Positions 45,212 to 55,596 are shown, counted from the first letter of the stretch. The stretch: DNA of 64,000 nt from Candidatus Dormiibacterota bacterium (GCA_963697085.1 CAVOMR010000003.1:62611-126610); one strand, 5' to 3'. A program made the numbers and translations. The notes: generated from the letters alone by a model not told the origin.

Positions 45212-46072
45212 ATGCTTGCAATGGCCAGGAAGACGCCGCGCGACCCGCAGAGTGGCACCAGCCTGCGCACCAAGGCGTACGAGACCGAGCTCCGGCGGCT
45301 GCAGGTGGAGCTGGTCAAGATGCAGGAGTGGGTGCGCAACACCGGCGCCCGCGTCGCCGTGATCTTCGAGGGGCGGGACGGCGCCGGCAAGGGAGGGACG
45401 ATCAGCCGCATCACCCAGTACCTGAACCCTCGCGTGGTCAAGGTCGCGGCGCTCCCGTCACCGACGGAACGCGAACGATCGCAGTGGTATTTCCAGCGCT
45501 ATGTCGATCGACTCCCGGCCGGTGGGGAGATCGTGCTCTTCGACCGCTCCTGGTACAACCGGGCGGGCGTTGAGTACGTCATGGGGTACTGCACGCACGA
45601 CGAGCACCGGCTGTTCCTCCGTCAGTGCTCCATCTTCGAGCGGCTCCTCATCGACTCCGGCCTCACTCTTATCAAGTACTGGTTCTCGGTGAGCGACCAG
45701 GAGCAGGAGCGGCGCTTTCACCTCCGCCTTCGCGATCCGCTGAAGCAGTGGAAGCTGAGTCAGATCGACCTCGAGTCGCGACTTCGATGGGTGGAGTACT
45801 CGCGCGCGAAGGACATCATGTTCGTCCACACCGACACCCCGGAGTCACCCTGGTACGTCGTCGAAGCTGATGACAAGCAACGTGCGCGGCTCAACTGCTT
45901 CGCGCACCTGCTGTCGAAGGTGCCGTACAAGGACGTCCTGCAGACCCCGCTGACGTTGCCGCCTCGCCAGTCGGATGAGGGGTACGTCCGTCCGAGCCGC
46001 GACACCTACACGTACGTGCCCGACCATGCGGCGGCCCTCTTTGCCGACGTCCGGGCAGTCAAGCACCACTGA
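45212..46072 (+). CDS. ppk2: polyphosphate kinase 2 (PPK2 family)
   Basis: 286 aa. FEGRDGAGKGGTISRI Walker A-like loop and the FDRSWYNRAGVE block typical of PPK2. Confidence 0.93.
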   Translation: MLAMARKTPRDPQSGTSLRTKAYETELRRLQVELVKMQEWVRNTGARVAVIFEGRDGAGKGGTISRITQYLNPRVVKVAALPSPTERERSQWYFQRYVDRLPAGGEIVLFDRSWYNRAGVEYVMGYCTHDEHRLFLRQCSIFERLLIDSGLTLIKYWFSVSDQEQERRFHLRLRDPLKQWKLSQIDLESRLRWVEYSRAKDIMFVHTDTPESPWYVVEADDKQRARLNCFAHLLSKVPYKDVLQTPLTLPPRQSDEGYVRPSRDTYTYVPDHAAALFADVRAVKHH

Positions 46073-46281
46073 CGGGCACGCCGCCACCGGCCGTCGATCG
46101 CTCGGTCCGGCGAATGCAGCGGAGGGTCGAAAGACCCGGACCAAGCGGGCACCCTGACCGCAGATGACCCCCTGACGGCAGGTCGAGATTAGTGGCATGT
46201 GCCTCTGTTGGCGAGGTGCGGGGTGGGGTGACGATGGGTGCACGGTCAGATGGCCGCAGAGAAACACCAAGGAGCAACACC

Positions 46282-46875
46282 ATGACCACCGGAATGCGCT
46301 GGCGGATCTTCGTCCTTCAGGTCGGCCTCATCGGCATCCTCGCCTTCGTCGCAGGATTCGCCTTCTGGGGCAGCAGCTTCGCGACCAACCAGGTCCAGAC
46401 CCAACTCACCGCTCAGAAGATCTCCTTCCCCGCGGCCAACTCCGCTGCCATCAAGGCGCTCCCCGCTGCTGATGCCGCAGCCATGAACGTCTACGCCGGT
46501 CAGCAGCTGACCACCGGTGCGCAGGCCGAGACCTACGCGGACCACTTCATCAAGGTCCACCTCAACGAGATCGGCAAGGGCCAGACCTACTCCCAGGTGA
46601 GCGCCCTCTCGCAGGCGGATCCCACCAACACCACGCTTGCCAACGAAGTGCAGACCCTCTTCCGGGGTGAGACTCTCCGTGGCCTCCTGCTCAACTCCTA
46701 CGGCTGGTGGCAGATCGGGCAGTACGCCTTCTACGCGGCGATCGGCCTGGCCATCGCGGCCCTGGCAGTGCTCGGCGCCTTCATCTTTGAGATCGCCAGC
46801 TGGCGGCGCGCTGCCAGCAAGGTGCGGACGGCTCCTCTAACCGCTCCCGCACTCCGCGGCGCCCACGTCGCCTGA
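46282..46875 (+). CDS. hypothetical two-TM protein (paralogue 2)
   Basis: The protein matches 44507-45100 except for the last ~25 residues (EIASWRRAASKVRTAPLTAPALRGAHVA). Confidence 0.75.
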   Translation: MTTGMRWRIFVLQVGLIGILAFVAGFAFWGSSFATNQVQTQLTAQKISFPAANSAAIKALPAADAAAMNVYAGQQLTTGAQAETYADHFIKVHLNEIGKGQTYSQVSALSQADPTNTTLANEVQTLFRGETLRGLLLNSYGWWQIGQYAFYAAIGLAIAALAVLGAFIFEIASWRRAASKVRTAPLTAPALRGAHVA

Positions 46876-46905
46876 CCCGACATCTCGGGCAACTCGCCCC
46901 CCCTC

Positions 46906-46946
46906 AGTGACCCATCGGCCGCAAGGCCGTTGGGTCACTTCTCTGT
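46906..46946 (+). terminator. intrinsic terminator (copy of 45130-45170 with one stem mismatch)
   Basis: GUGACCCAUCGGCC-GCAA-GGCCGUUGGGUCAC followed by UUCUCUGUCUG. Confidence 0.5.
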
Positions 46947-46985
46947 CTGCCCTCCGACGAGCGTCTTCCCGTAGCATCGCCGGGA

Positions 46986-47660
46986 GTGAGCGACGCCCTG
47001 GCATCGACCCGCGTCTACCTGGTTCGCCATTGCGACGTCCGCAACCCGGACGGGGTTCTGTACGGTCACCTTCCCGACTTCCCGCTCAGCGACAAGGGCG
47101 TCGAGCAGGCGCACGCGCTCGGCCGTTACTTCGCGAACACGACCGTGCGCCAGATCTACTCCAGCCCGCTCGAGCGCGCTCGTCAGACCGCCGAGATCAT
47201 CGCGTCGTACCTCGACTCCGTCCCCATCACCTACACCGACGACCTCGTCGAAACGCGATTCGGCCACTACCTGCAGGGCGTCCCCCCGAAGCAGGTGCCC
47301 TGGAGGCGCCCACTCTGGTTCGTGCATATGGCCTGGCCGGGGCTGCTGCACAACGACGAGACGGTGGCCGGACTCGCCGCCCGCCTGCGCCGGCCGCTCA
47401 TGCGCCTCCTCGCCGACCACCCCGGCGACGGTGGGCTCTGCGTCAGCCACGGCGATCCGATCCAGGGCTTCTGGGTGACCGCCGACCACCGTCCGCGCTA
47501 TGCGCTGCACCGGCTCCAATGTGCGAAGGGCGGTGCTCTGGAGCTTGACTACGAGGGCGAGCAGCTCGAGAAGCTGACGTATCTCTCCCCCACCCGGATC
47601 GCCGAGCTGGCGCCCGATCCCGGTCAGACCGCTGCGGGTTCTCGCTCCGGTTCCGGCTGA
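46986..47660 (+). CDS. histidine phosphatase family protein (phosphoglycerate mutase-like)
   Basis: RVYLVRHCDV... (RH catalytic motif) and IYSSPLERARQTAEII. The 3' end overlaps the convergent ResB-like gene by 37 nt. Confidence 0.85.
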   Translation: MSDALASTRVYLVRHCDVRNPDGVLYGHLPDFPLSDKGVEQAHALGRYFANTTVRQIYSSPLERARQTAEIIASYLDSVPITYTDDLVETRFGHYLQGVPPKQVPWRRPLWFVHMAWPGLLHNDETVAGLAARLRRPLMRLLADHPGDGGLCVSHGDPIQGFWVTADHRPRYALHRLQCAKGGALELDYEGEQLEKLTYLSPTRIAELAPDPGQTAAGSRSGSG

Positions 47661-49048
47661 GGCTCACCGCTCGACTCCGATGACCACCGACGGTCGAGCG
47701 TGATGGGACGCTTGCGTTTGCGCTGACGGCGCTCGAGGAGCGGCCGGAGATAGAGCTTGGTCAGGAGCCCGGTCATGATCAGGATGAACGACGTGTAGAC
47801 GAGCAGGACGCCCTGGTCGTCGTTGACCTGGAACAGCGAGTACTGCTGGATCGTGGGGAAGGAGATCGTGAAGTTCACGTTCTTGCCGTTGACCGTGTCG
47901 ATGGGGAGTTGCAGAGACTGTCCGAGGAGGATCGGCACCACATGCCCATCGCTGAAGTACGGCTGCATCTGGGACGTGTCGAGCTGGTTCACATCCTGCG
48001 GGGCGCCACTGTTGAGGCCGAGGTTCCCGACGTACAGCTGCAGCTCGATCACCGGGTTCCGCGTCGCGACCCCACCGGGTCCGTACGTGGTGGCAGTTGG
48101 ATCGATCGTCCCGTTGCTGCCGACCGACGGCAGGAGCGTCGCGTCGGGGAAGAACGACATCTTCGCCCCGATCTGGATCGACTGCGCGGCACCGCTGATC
48201 GTGTAGTCGAAGTCGGGGACCTTGAGCACGCCGTCGCCGAGCGCCTTGTCACCGACGTTGTTCGGATCATCGAAGAACTGGATCGGGCCGTCGAACACAA
48301 TCTGTCCCGCGGGATTGGTCACGACGATCGTCGGGGCCCACCCGTAGTCCTGCTGGTAGACGTTGGCGTTGTCGACGCTCAGGAAGTCGTTGACGCGGAT
48401 GTTCTGGGTCTCCAGCTTCTTCCCGTGGTCGAAGACGCTCACGTTGCTGACGTAGTCGCTCGCCTCGCCGTTGGCGGCGTAGGTGGCCTCGAAGCTGTTG
48501 AGGCGCAGGGTGAACGGCGCGTAGTTGCCGTTGAAGAGCAGCCCCTGCTGCAGCGTGTCGTACCCCGAGGGCGTGTTCGTGAAGCTCTGGCCCTCGGTGA
48601 CGGTGACAAGGCCCTGGTACCCGGTCGCCTTGCCCCACACGACCGCGATGAGCAGCAGGAAGAACGAGGAGTGGAAGAGCCACGATCCCCATTCGCCCCA
48701 GTACTGCGGCGTCCGCTTGTAGCCACGGAGCGTGCGCATGATCAGCGCCCGTGCCCGCCTGATCACGCACCACCCGAGCGACACGTACAGCAGGCCGAGC
48801 AGCGCGTAGAACACCGGTGAGACGAACACCTGCGTGAGGGGGAGCTGCAGGTCCGCGAAGAGGACGTTCAGGTTGGGCCACGACGTCAGGAACGCCTCGA
48901 CCTTGGTCGGATCCGAGGTGTTCTGCTGCGGCACGAACGACCCGATGAGGACGATGACCAGGATGCCGAGCAGCAGGAAGATCGCGGTCCGCATCCGCGT
49001 GTATTCGTGCCAGTACCGCCTGACCGCCTCCCCGAGGCTCCGCTTCAC
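47624..49048 (-). CDS. cytochrome c biogenesis protein ResB/Ccs1-like
   Basis: 474 aa. N-terminus WHEYTRMRTAIFLLLGILVIVLIGSFVPQ, a TM His (WGSWLFHSSFFLLLIAV), a large extracytoplasmic domain and a C-terminal TM. The GTG overlaps the upstream stop (GTGA). Confidence 0.85.
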   Translation of the reverse strand: MKRSLGEAVRRYWHEYTRMRTAIFLLLGILVIVLIGSFVPQQNTSDPTKVEAFLTSWPNLNVLFADLQLPLTQVFVSPVFYALLGLLYVSLGWCVIRRARALIMRTLRGYKRTPQYWGEWGSWLFHSSFFLLLIAVVWGKATGYQGLVTVTEGQSFTNTPSGYDTLQQGLLFNGNYAPFTLRLNSFEATYAANGEASDYVSNVSVFDHGKKLETQNIRVNDFLSVDNANVYQQDYGWAPTIVVTNPAGQIVFDGPIQFFDDPNNVGDKALGDGVLKVPDFDYTISGAAQSIQIGAKMSFFPDATLLPSVGSNGTIDPTATTYGPGGVATRNPVIELQLYVGNLGLNSGAPQDVNQLDTSQMQPYFSDGHVVPILLGQSLQLPIDTVNGKNVNFTISFPTIQQYSLFQVNDDQGVLLVYTSFILIMTGLLTKLYLRPLLERRQRKRKRPITLDRRWSSESSGEPQPEPEREPAAV

Positions 49049-49686
49049 CGCGACGCGCCGGAGCGCAGCAATCGCTTCGGGTCAAAGGCATCGGAGAGCG
49101 CGGGCTGCCACGTGCGGGTGCCCGGAGGCTGTGCTGTTGCGGTTCGTGCCGCGGCGGGCTCGAGCCTGAACGTCACCGCCGCGATGATCGCGAGGCGGCC
49201 CGCGCTGCCGAGCAGCGCCGCGATGAGGTCGTAGCCGACCACGTCCTTGAGCATGCCGCCGCCGGCCTTCACCGTCTCGCCCGTGGTGAGCACGGCCTCC
49301 ACCCCGGCGAGGGTCCGTCGCGGAACATCGCCACGCGCAACCAGCGTTCCGACATGCCCGGACCCGGTCTGGGCGGCGAGCCCGACGACCGCGAGCTTCT
49401 CGGCGGTCACCGCATCGCGAAGCTGCGCGACCGTCGCACCCGCACCGGCGCGGACGGTGAGGCCGGCAGCGGCGACCACCACGTCGTTGAGGCGGTGGAC
49501 GCTGATCACGATGCCGCCCTTGGGGGGGGTCTGATGTGCCGACGGCGCGCCGCTCGTGAGCGAGATCGGGATCTCGTTCTGCTGGCACAGATGGGCCACG
49601 ACGGCCAGCGATCCGAGGTCCGGTGGGCTCACGACATCGCCGCTCATGCCCTTGGCGCTGACGATCGCCGCGAACTCCTTCGTCAT
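49045..49686 (-). CDS. FAD-binding PCMH-type domain protein (GlcE-like, FAD domain only)
   Basis: ATG 49686, 8 nt after the nuoN stop. ...GGIVISVHRLNDVVVAAAGLTVRAGAGATVAQL... and GGMLKDVVGYDL blocks of the FAD_binding_4 fold. Only 213 aa. Confidence 0.75.
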   Translation of the reverse strand: MTKEFAAIVSAKGMSGDVVSPPDLGSLAVVAHLCQQNEIPISLTSGAPSAHQTPPKGGIVISVHRLNDVVVAAAGLTVRAGAGATVAQLRDAVTAEKLAVVGLAAQTGSGHVGTLVARGDVPRRTLAGVEAVLTTGETVKAGGGMLKDVVGYDLIAALLGSAGRLAIIAAVTFRLEPAAARTATAQPPGTRTWQPALSDAFDPKRLLRSGASR

Positions 49687-49694
49687 GTCGTCGT

Positions 49695-51230
49695 TCACAC
49701 GATCAACCCCTTGAGCGAGGCCGTGGCCGCGGTGTAGACGAGCACGATCAGCACCCCGAGGATGAGGGTTCCGGCAGTGGTCGCGACCAGCACGGAGGTG
49801 CCCGCGAACCCCGTCCGGGACCACCGGTAGTCCTCGGTTCCGGCGGAGGGGCGCTGGTACATGAGCAGGCCGACGCGGAGATAGTAGAAGGCTGAGACGG
49901 CGCTCGTGGCGATGCCCCAGAGTGCGAGCGGCGTCTGGTTCGCGTTGATGGCGGCGGTGAAGACCAGGAACTTGGCGAAGAATCCGGCGGTTGGCGGGAA
50001 GCCTCCCAGGGAGAAGAGGAACAGCGCCATGCTCGCGGCCACAAAGGGGCGCCGGTGCGCGAGACCGCGGAGGCCGTCATAGCTGTCGAGGTCCTCGCCG
50101 CGCCCCGCCATCACGGTGATCACCGCGAAGGCGCCGATGTTGCTCACCGCGTATGCGGCGAGGTAGTACAGGACGGCGATCGTCCCGAGTGAGCTCGATT
50201 GCCCCGTCGGCAGCACGACCGCGCCGACGGCGACGCCGATGAGGATGTAGCCGGCCTGCGCGATACCCGAGTAGGCGAGCATTCGCTTGACGCTCGTCTG
50301 AGTCAGTGCCGCGATGTTGCCGACGACCATCGAGGTGATGGCGACGAGCGCGACCACCGGCTCCCAGTTGGTGTAGAAGTTCGTCGTCCCGCCGTCGAAC
50401 GTGTACGTGAACACGCGCACCAACGCGGCGAATGCGGCGACCTTGGTGGTGACGCTCATGAACGTCGTCACCGAGGTCGGCGCGCCCTGGTAGACGTCGG
50501 GCGTCCACGAGTGGAACGGCGCCGCGCTCACCTTGAACGCGAAGCCGATGAAGAGCAGGATCACGCCGGCGAGCAGCAGCGGGTCGATTCCCTTCTCGCC
50601 CTGGATCGCCGCCGCGATCTGCGCGAGCTGGGTGTGTCCCGTCTCGCCGTAGATGAGCGCCATCCCGAAGAGCAGGAATCCCGACGCGAATCCCCCGAGC
50701 AGCAGGTATTTCAGCGCCGCCTCCTGCGAGCGCTCCTCGTGGCGCGCGAAGCCGCTGAGCACGTAGAGCGCGAGCGACAGCAGCTCGATCGCGAGGAAGA
50801 TCACCATGAGGCTCGTCGCGCCGGCGAGCAGCATCATGCCGACGGTCGCGGCGAGGATGAGCGCGTAGTACTCGCCGTAATGGATGCCGCGACGGTTCAG
50901 GTAGTTCGGGCTGATCATGATCACCAGACCCGCGCTCACCAGCAGGATGGCGTCGATGAACAGCGCGAAGCGGTCGTACGCGAACGACCCCGAATAGACG
51001 AGCCGCCCCGGGGTCGCGTTGTACCAGCAGAAAATCGTCACCACGAAGGTCGCCGCCACACCGAGCATCGCGAACCACGCGAGCCACGTCCGCCGCGCCG
51101 CGGGGATGACGAGGTCGAGCAGCATGAGCAGCAGGAACGCCCCGCCGAGCACCAGCTCCGGCAGGATGCCGATGAGGTCGCGCCCTCCCGGGAATGTCAG
51201 CGGCACCGGGCTTGCGGCGATGAACATCAC
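49695..51230 (-). CDS. nuoN: NADH-quinone oxidoreductase subunit N
   Basis: 511-aa antiporter-like polytopic protein, last gene of the nuo string. The start overlaps the nuoM stop. Confidence 0.93.
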   Translation of the reverse strand: MMFIAASPVPLTFPGGRDLIGILPELVLGGAFLLLMLLDLVIPAARRTWLAWFAMLGVAATFVVTIFCWYNATPGRLVYSGSFAYDRFALFIDAILLVSAGLVIMISPNYLNRRGIHYGEYYALILAATVGMMLLAGATSLMVIFLAIELLSLALYVLSGFARHEERSQEAALKYLLLGGFASGFLLFGMALIYGETGHTQLAQIAAAIQGEKGIDPLLLAGVILLFIGFAFKVSAAPFHSWTPDVYQGAPTSVTTFMSVTTKVAAFAALVRVFTYTFDGGTTNFYTNWEPVVALVAITSMVVGNIAALTQTSVKRMLAYSGIAQAGYILIGVAVGAVVLPTGQSSSLGTIAVLYYLAAYAVSNIGAFAVITVMAGRGEDLDSYDGLRGLAHRRPFVAASMALFLFSLGGFPPTAGFFAKFLVFTAAINANQTPLALWGIATSAVSAFYYLRVGLLMYQRPSAGTEDYRWSRTGFAGTSVLVATTAGTLILGVLIVLVYTAATASLKGLIV

Positions 51231-52777
51231 TGTCCGACCGTGTCCGCGGTGGAGGGTTGCACCATCGCGACGTAGGTGCTCACCGAGCTCTTCGAGACGT
51301 CGCTGATCGGCTTCGGGTAGAGGCCGATGAAGATCATCAGTGCGACCAGCGGCACGAGCAGCAGCGCCTCACCGATGTGCAGATCGCGCACACCCTCGGT
51401 CCGCGGTTTGGGCGGATCGTGCATCAGCCCCTGGTGCAGGCGGAGCATGTACCAGCTTGCGAGGATCACGCCACCACCCGCGAGGGCGGCGTAGATCCAG
51501 TTGAGCTGGAACGCGCCGAGCATGATGGCGAATTCGCCGACGAAGCTGTTCATGCCCGGCATCCCGAGGCTGGCGAGCGTGGCGACGAGGAAGAAGAAAT
51601 ACAGCCATGGCATTCGCCGTTCCAGTCCCGACAGCTCGCCGAGATCCCGCGTCCCGGTGCGTGCCTCGACGAATCCGACGATGAGGAAGAGCGCGCTGAT
51701 GATGATGCCGTGGTTGATGATCTGGATCACCGCGCCGTTGAGACCGTTGGTCGTGAGCGAGAAGATGCCGAGCGAGATGAAGCCGAGGTGGCTGATGCTC
51801 GCGTAGGCGACGATGCGTTTGACGTCACGTTCCGAGAGCGCCATCAGTGCCCCGTAGATGATGCTGAGGATGGCGAGCGCCGCAAGCACGTAGCGATAGC
51901 GGTGCATCTCGCCTGGGAAGAGCGTCAGCGCGAACCGGATGAAGCCGTAGGCGCCGAGCTTGCTCACAACGCCGGCGAAGAACACCAGCACCGCGGGCGG
52001 GCACGCCTCGTAGAGGTCCGGGAGCCAGGTGTGAAACGGAACGATCGGGATCTTGATCGCGAAGGCGAGCGCGAAGCAGATGAACGCGAGCTGCTTCGGC
52101 GTGAAGGTCGAGAGATGGATCAGCGGGATGACCAGCGGCGAGCCCGCGCTGATCGGCTGCGCGAGGATGGCCTCGAGGTCGAACGACCCGGCCGGCGACT
52201 GGATGTAGAGATAGATGATCGCGACCAGCATCAGCAGGCTGCCGGCAACCGTGTAGATGATGAATTTCAGCGTGGCCGGCCCGCGCTTCGCACCACCCCA
52301 GTTGCTCAGCAGCACGTAGAGCGGCACGAGCATGCCTTCCCAGAACATGTAGAAGAGCAGCAGGTCGATCGACAGCAGCACGCCGGCGGTCGCCGCCTCG
52401 GTGAGGAGCACCAACGTGCAGTAGAAGCGAAGCCGGTCGGTGGATTTGCGCGAGATCGCGAGCGCGCCGAGCAGGAACACGCCCGCGTTCAACGCGAGCA
52501 GCCACGCCGAGACGCCGTCGATGCCGAGGTGATAGGAGGCGTTGATTGCCGGCAGCCAGGCGTGCGTCTCCTCGAAGTGGAGTGGGATCGGCCCCGTGCT
52601 CGCTTTGTTGCCGGGCATCCAGATCAGCAGCAGGGCAACGATCACCGCACCCGCCGCGGTGGCCAGCAGCGTCAGCCCCTTGACTGCGACGGTCAGGCGC
52701 CTCGGCACCAGCTGCAGCAGGATCGCGGCGCCCGCCGGGATGACGATGAGGAGCGTGAGCCAGGGGATGTGCGTCAT
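51227..52777 (-). CDS. nuoM: NADH-quinone oxidoreductase subunit M
   Basis: 516-aa antiporter-like subunit (...IPIVPFHTWLPDLYEA...). ATGA overlap with nuoL. Confidence 0.94.
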   Translation of the reverse strand: MTHIPWLTLLIVIPAGAAILLQLVPRRLTVAVKGLTLLATAAGAVIVALLLIWMPGNKASTGPIPLHFEETHAWLPAINASYHLGIDGVSAWLLALNAGVFLLGALAISRKSTDRLRFYCTLVLLTEAATAGVLLSIDLLLFYMFWEGMLVPLYVLLSNWGGAKRGPATLKFIIYTVAGSLLMLVAIIYLYIQSPAGSFDLEAILAQPISAGSPLVIPLIHLSTFTPKQLAFICFALAFAIKIPIVPFHTWLPDLYEACPPAVLVFFAGVVSKLGAYGFIRFALTLFPGEMHRYRYVLAALAILSIIYGALMALSERDVKRIVAYASISHLGFISLGIFSLTTNGLNGAVIQIINHGIIISALFLIVGFVEARTGTRDLGELSGLERRMPWLYFFFLVATLASLGMPGMNSFVGEFAIMLGAFQLNWIYAALAGGGVILASWYMLRLHQGLMHDPPKPRTEGVRDLHIGEALLLVPLVALMIFIGLYPKPISDVSKSSVSTYVAMVQPSTADTVGQ

Positions 52778-54723
52778 TTCGCGATGAACACCCAGACCAC
52801 GACGAGCACGACGGCGAAGACGGTGAACAGCGACGCGTAGTCGCGGATCAGCCCTGTCTGGATCGAGCGCAGGTCAATGCTGAATCCCTTGAGCAGATCG
52901 CCGATGCCACCGACCCAGCCGTCCATCACATCCGGCTCGACAACTCGGCGCGCGGTGCGGGCGACCGCCTTCATGGGTCGCACCAGCCCGCGGTCGTAGA
53001 TCTCGTCGAAGTAGAACTTGTTGTAAGAGAGGAGCGGGATGACGCGCGGAAGCCGCGCGAGCACGAGCTGGGCATCCGGCTTGTGCTCGTACCAGAACCG
53101 CACGGCGAGCCCGATCCCGATGAGGCTGGCCACTGTACCGATGATCAACCCGACTGCGGCTAAACCGACTCCGGGCTCGTGGAACAGTTGCGACTGCGAT
53201 CCCGCGAAGACCGGGGCGAGGAAGTCACTGAACACGTGGACCGTGTTCGGCAGCGGGAATTGGAGCGGCCATGCAACGACCACCGAGAGGACGCCGAGAA
53301 TGACGACGGGGATGAGCATCGCGTACCCCGCTTCCTTGACGGCGAAGACGCGAGCAGTCTGCGGCTCGCCCTGGAACACCGTGAAATAGAGACGGAAGGC
53401 GTAGAGGCCGGTGAGGACGTTCAGGCTGATCCCAACGATGTACAGCAGCCATGGGAACATCCCCGGCCCCGAGACGGTGCCGAAGCCCAGCAGGTCTTCC
53501 TTGCTGAACCACCCGGAGAAGAAGAGGAAGCCACTGAGAGCGAGCGACCCGGCGCCGAACGCAAGGTGGGTCCACTTCATGCGCGCGTGGAGGCCGCCCA
53601 TGAGGCGGATGTCCTGCTCGTCGTGGAGCGCGTGGATGACGTTGCCTGCCGCCAGAAAGAGGAGCGCCTTGAAGACGGCATGCGTCGCGAAGTGGAACAT
53701 GCCCGCGCTGTACGCGCCGATCCCGACCGCGTAGATCATCAACCCGATCTGCGACATCGTCGAGTACGCGATCACGCGTTTGATGTCGATCTGCGAGAGA
53801 GCGATGATGCCCGCCATCACCGCGGTGCCCATCCCCACGCAGGCGACCAGCCCCTCGGCGACCGGCGCGAGGTTGAAGAGCACGTGGAACCGCGCGATCA
53901 GGTAGACGCCCGCCGTGACCATCGTGGCCGCATGGATGAGCGCCGACACGGGCGTCGGGCCCTCCATCGCGTCGGGCAGCCACGTGTGGAGCGGGAACTG
54001 CGCGCTCTTCGCGAACGCCCCGATAGCAAGGAGGACGCACACGCCGGTGACGAGCGCGCCGCCGGCGGGGAACGCCTGCGTGCGTGCAAAGATGTTCGGC
54101 AGGCTGAGCGTGTGCGTGTTGAGCACGATCAGGAACGCGGCGATGACCAGCGCCACATCGCCGATCACCTGGGTGATGAACGCCTTGCGAGCCGCCAGCA
54201 CCGCGCTCGGCCGGTCATGCCAGAAGCCGATGAGCAGGTAGCTGCTGAGCGCGACCAGTGCCCACCCGATGATGAGGATCACGAGGTCGGCGGCGAGCAC
54301 CAACGTCAGCATCGAGAAGATGAAGAAGTTCATGTAGCTGAAGAAGCGCGCGACGCCGGAGTCGTGCTCCATGTACCCGACGCTGTACACGTGGATCAGG
54401 AAGCCGACGCCCGTGATGACCATGAGCATCAGCGCGCTCAGCGCATCGAGCGTGAAGTCCATCCCGACCGAGAGGTTGGTGCCGCCACCGAGGTTGATCC
54501 ACTGCCAGAGCCGGATGGTGATGGACGCATGTCCCGCCGGGGCGCCGACGACGTTGGCGAGGATGATGCACGCGACCACGAAAGCCCCGAAGATCGAGAC
54601 GGTGCCGGCGATGTTGACGAAGCGCCTGCCCAGGTAGGGACCGAGGAATCCGTTCAGGGCCGACCCCGCAAGCGGGAACGCAAGCACGAGGATGACGAGG
54701 AGGGAGGCGGTGTCGACGCTCAC
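52774..54723 (-). CDS. nuoL: NADH-quinone oxidoreductase subunit L
   Basis: 649 aa. ...[36 protein letters not shown]... and a C-terminal lateral-helix extension. Confidence 0.95.
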   Translation of the reverse strand: MSVDTASLLVILVLAFPLAGSALNGFLGPYLGRRFVNIAGTVSIFGAFVVACIILANVVGAPAGHASITIRLWQWINLGGGTNLSVGMDFTLDALSALMLMVITGVGFLIHVYSVGYMEHDSGVARFFSYMNFFIFSMLTLVLAADLVILIIGWALVALSSYLLIGFWHDRPSAVLAARKAFITQVIGDVALVIAAFLIVLNTHTLSLPNIFARTQAFPAGGALVTGVCVLLAIGAFAKSAQFPLHTWLPDAMEGPTPVSALIHAATMVTAGVYLIARFHVLFNLAPVAEGLVACVGMGTAVMAGIIALSQIDIKRVIAYSTMSQIGLMIYAVGIGAYSAGMFHFATHAVFKALLFLAAGNVIHALHDEQDIRLMGGLHARMKWTHLAFGAGSLALSGFLFFSGWFSKEDLLGFGTVSGPGMFPWLLYIVGISLNVLTGLYAFRLYFTVFQGEPQTARVFAVKEAGYAMLIPVVILGVLSVVVAWPLQFPLPNTVHVFSDFLAPVFAGSQSQLFHEPGVGLAAVGLIIGTVASLIGIGLAVRFWYEHKPDAQLVLARLPRVIPLLSYNKFYFDEIYDRGLVRPMKAVARTARRVVEPDVMDGWVGGIGDLLKGFSIDLRSIQTGLIRDYASLFTVFAVVLVVVWVFIAK

Positions 54724-55031
54724 TCTTTCATCTCGCTGAGGTCGTCCACGTCCAGCTCGCGTCCGAGCCGGAAGATCTGCGTGATCAGCGCAAGCCCGAC
54801 CACGACCTCGGCAGCGGCGACCACGATGACCATGAAGGCGAAGATCTGCCCTTCCTCACTGTTGAGGAACCGGCCATAGGCGACGAGCGCGACGTTCGCG
54901 GCATTGAGCATCAGCTCGATGCACATGAACACCACAATCGGGTTGCGTCTGATCAGCACACCTGCCGCGCCGACCGTGAACAGGAACGCGGCGAGTCCGA
55001 GCAGGTACGGGAACAGATTCGGGTTCAGCAC
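54720..55031 (-). CDS. nuoK: NADH-quinone oxidoreductase subunit K
   Basis: 103 aa, 3 TM, ...[13 protein letters not shown]...[15 protein letters not shown] start. Confidence 0.93.
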   Translation of the reverse strand: MLNPNLFPYLLGLAAFLFTVGAAGVLIRRNPIVVFMCIELMLNAANVALVAYGRFLNSEEGQIFAFMVIVVAAAEVVVGLALITQIFRLGRELDVDDLSEMKE

Positions 55032-55044
55032 GGCGCGCCCTCGC

Positions 55045-55596
55045 TCACGCGCCCGAGCGCCGGGTCAGGTAGACCGCGCCGATGGCAGCGACCAGCAGGA
55101 GCATCGAGGTGATCTCGAAGGGCAGCAGGTAGTTGGTGAACAGCTGACCCGCGACCGTCTGGACGTTGCCGGCCGCATTCACCGTGTCGGCCGGGAACGA
55201 GAACGTGTGGTACGGGTTGCTCGCACTGCCAACCGACGTCGCGTGGAATCCGGCGGTGTTGTACGTGATGCCGTTGCGCGCCGCGATGAACACGAGGACC
55301 GTGACCAGCGCCACGCCGACGCCACCGATGACGGCGCGCAGGTCGAGCGCGGGCCGGTCCTCCGCATCCGGGCTCAGCAGCGCCACGATGAAGACGAAGA
55401 GGACCATCACCGCGCCCGCATAGATGATGAGCTGCACCGCGAAGAGGAACTGCGCGTTGAGGAGCAGGAAGATCACCGCGAGCATCGACACCGTGACCAC
55501 GAGGGACAGCGCCGAATAGATCGTCTGCCGTGAGAACACGACACCGAGTGAGCTCACCGCGGCGAGCGCGATCACCACGGCGAACATGACGGTCAC
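55045..55596 (-). CDS. nuoJ: NADH-quinone oxidoreductase subunit J
   Basis: The hydrophobic protein begins (VTV)[13 protein letters not shown]... GTG 55596 overlaps the nuoI stop (GTGA). ATG 55587 is the alternative. The track ORF to 55908 over-extends into nuoI. Confidence 0.9.
   Translation of the reverse strand: MTVMFAVVIALAAVSSLGVVFSRQTIYSALSLVVTVSMLAVIFLLLNAQFLFAVQLIIYAGAVMVLFVFIVALLSPDAEDRPALDLRAVIGGVGVALVTVLVFIAARNGITYNTAGFHATSVGSASNPYHTFSFPADTVNAAGNVQTVAGQLFTNYLLPFEITSMLLLVAAIGAVYLTRRSGA

Larger units (their letters stand above)
46193..46951 (+). repeat. direct repeat copy 2
   Basis: See copy 1. Differences cluster in the first ~40 bp and the last ~150 bp. Confidence 0.9.

Noticed and set aside
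46124-46137. GGGTC-GAAA-GACCC hairpin after ppk2 as a terminator
   Set aside because: It has only a 5-bp stem and no downstream U-tract. It overlaps an alternative GGTCCGG...CCGGACC pairing. Evidence is insufficient to call it.
51257-54879. 527-aa and 566-aa plus-strand ORFs
   Set aside because: Antisense shadows of nuoM and nuoL. They are highly charged Arg/Asp/Glu/His strings with no membrane or enzyme signature.
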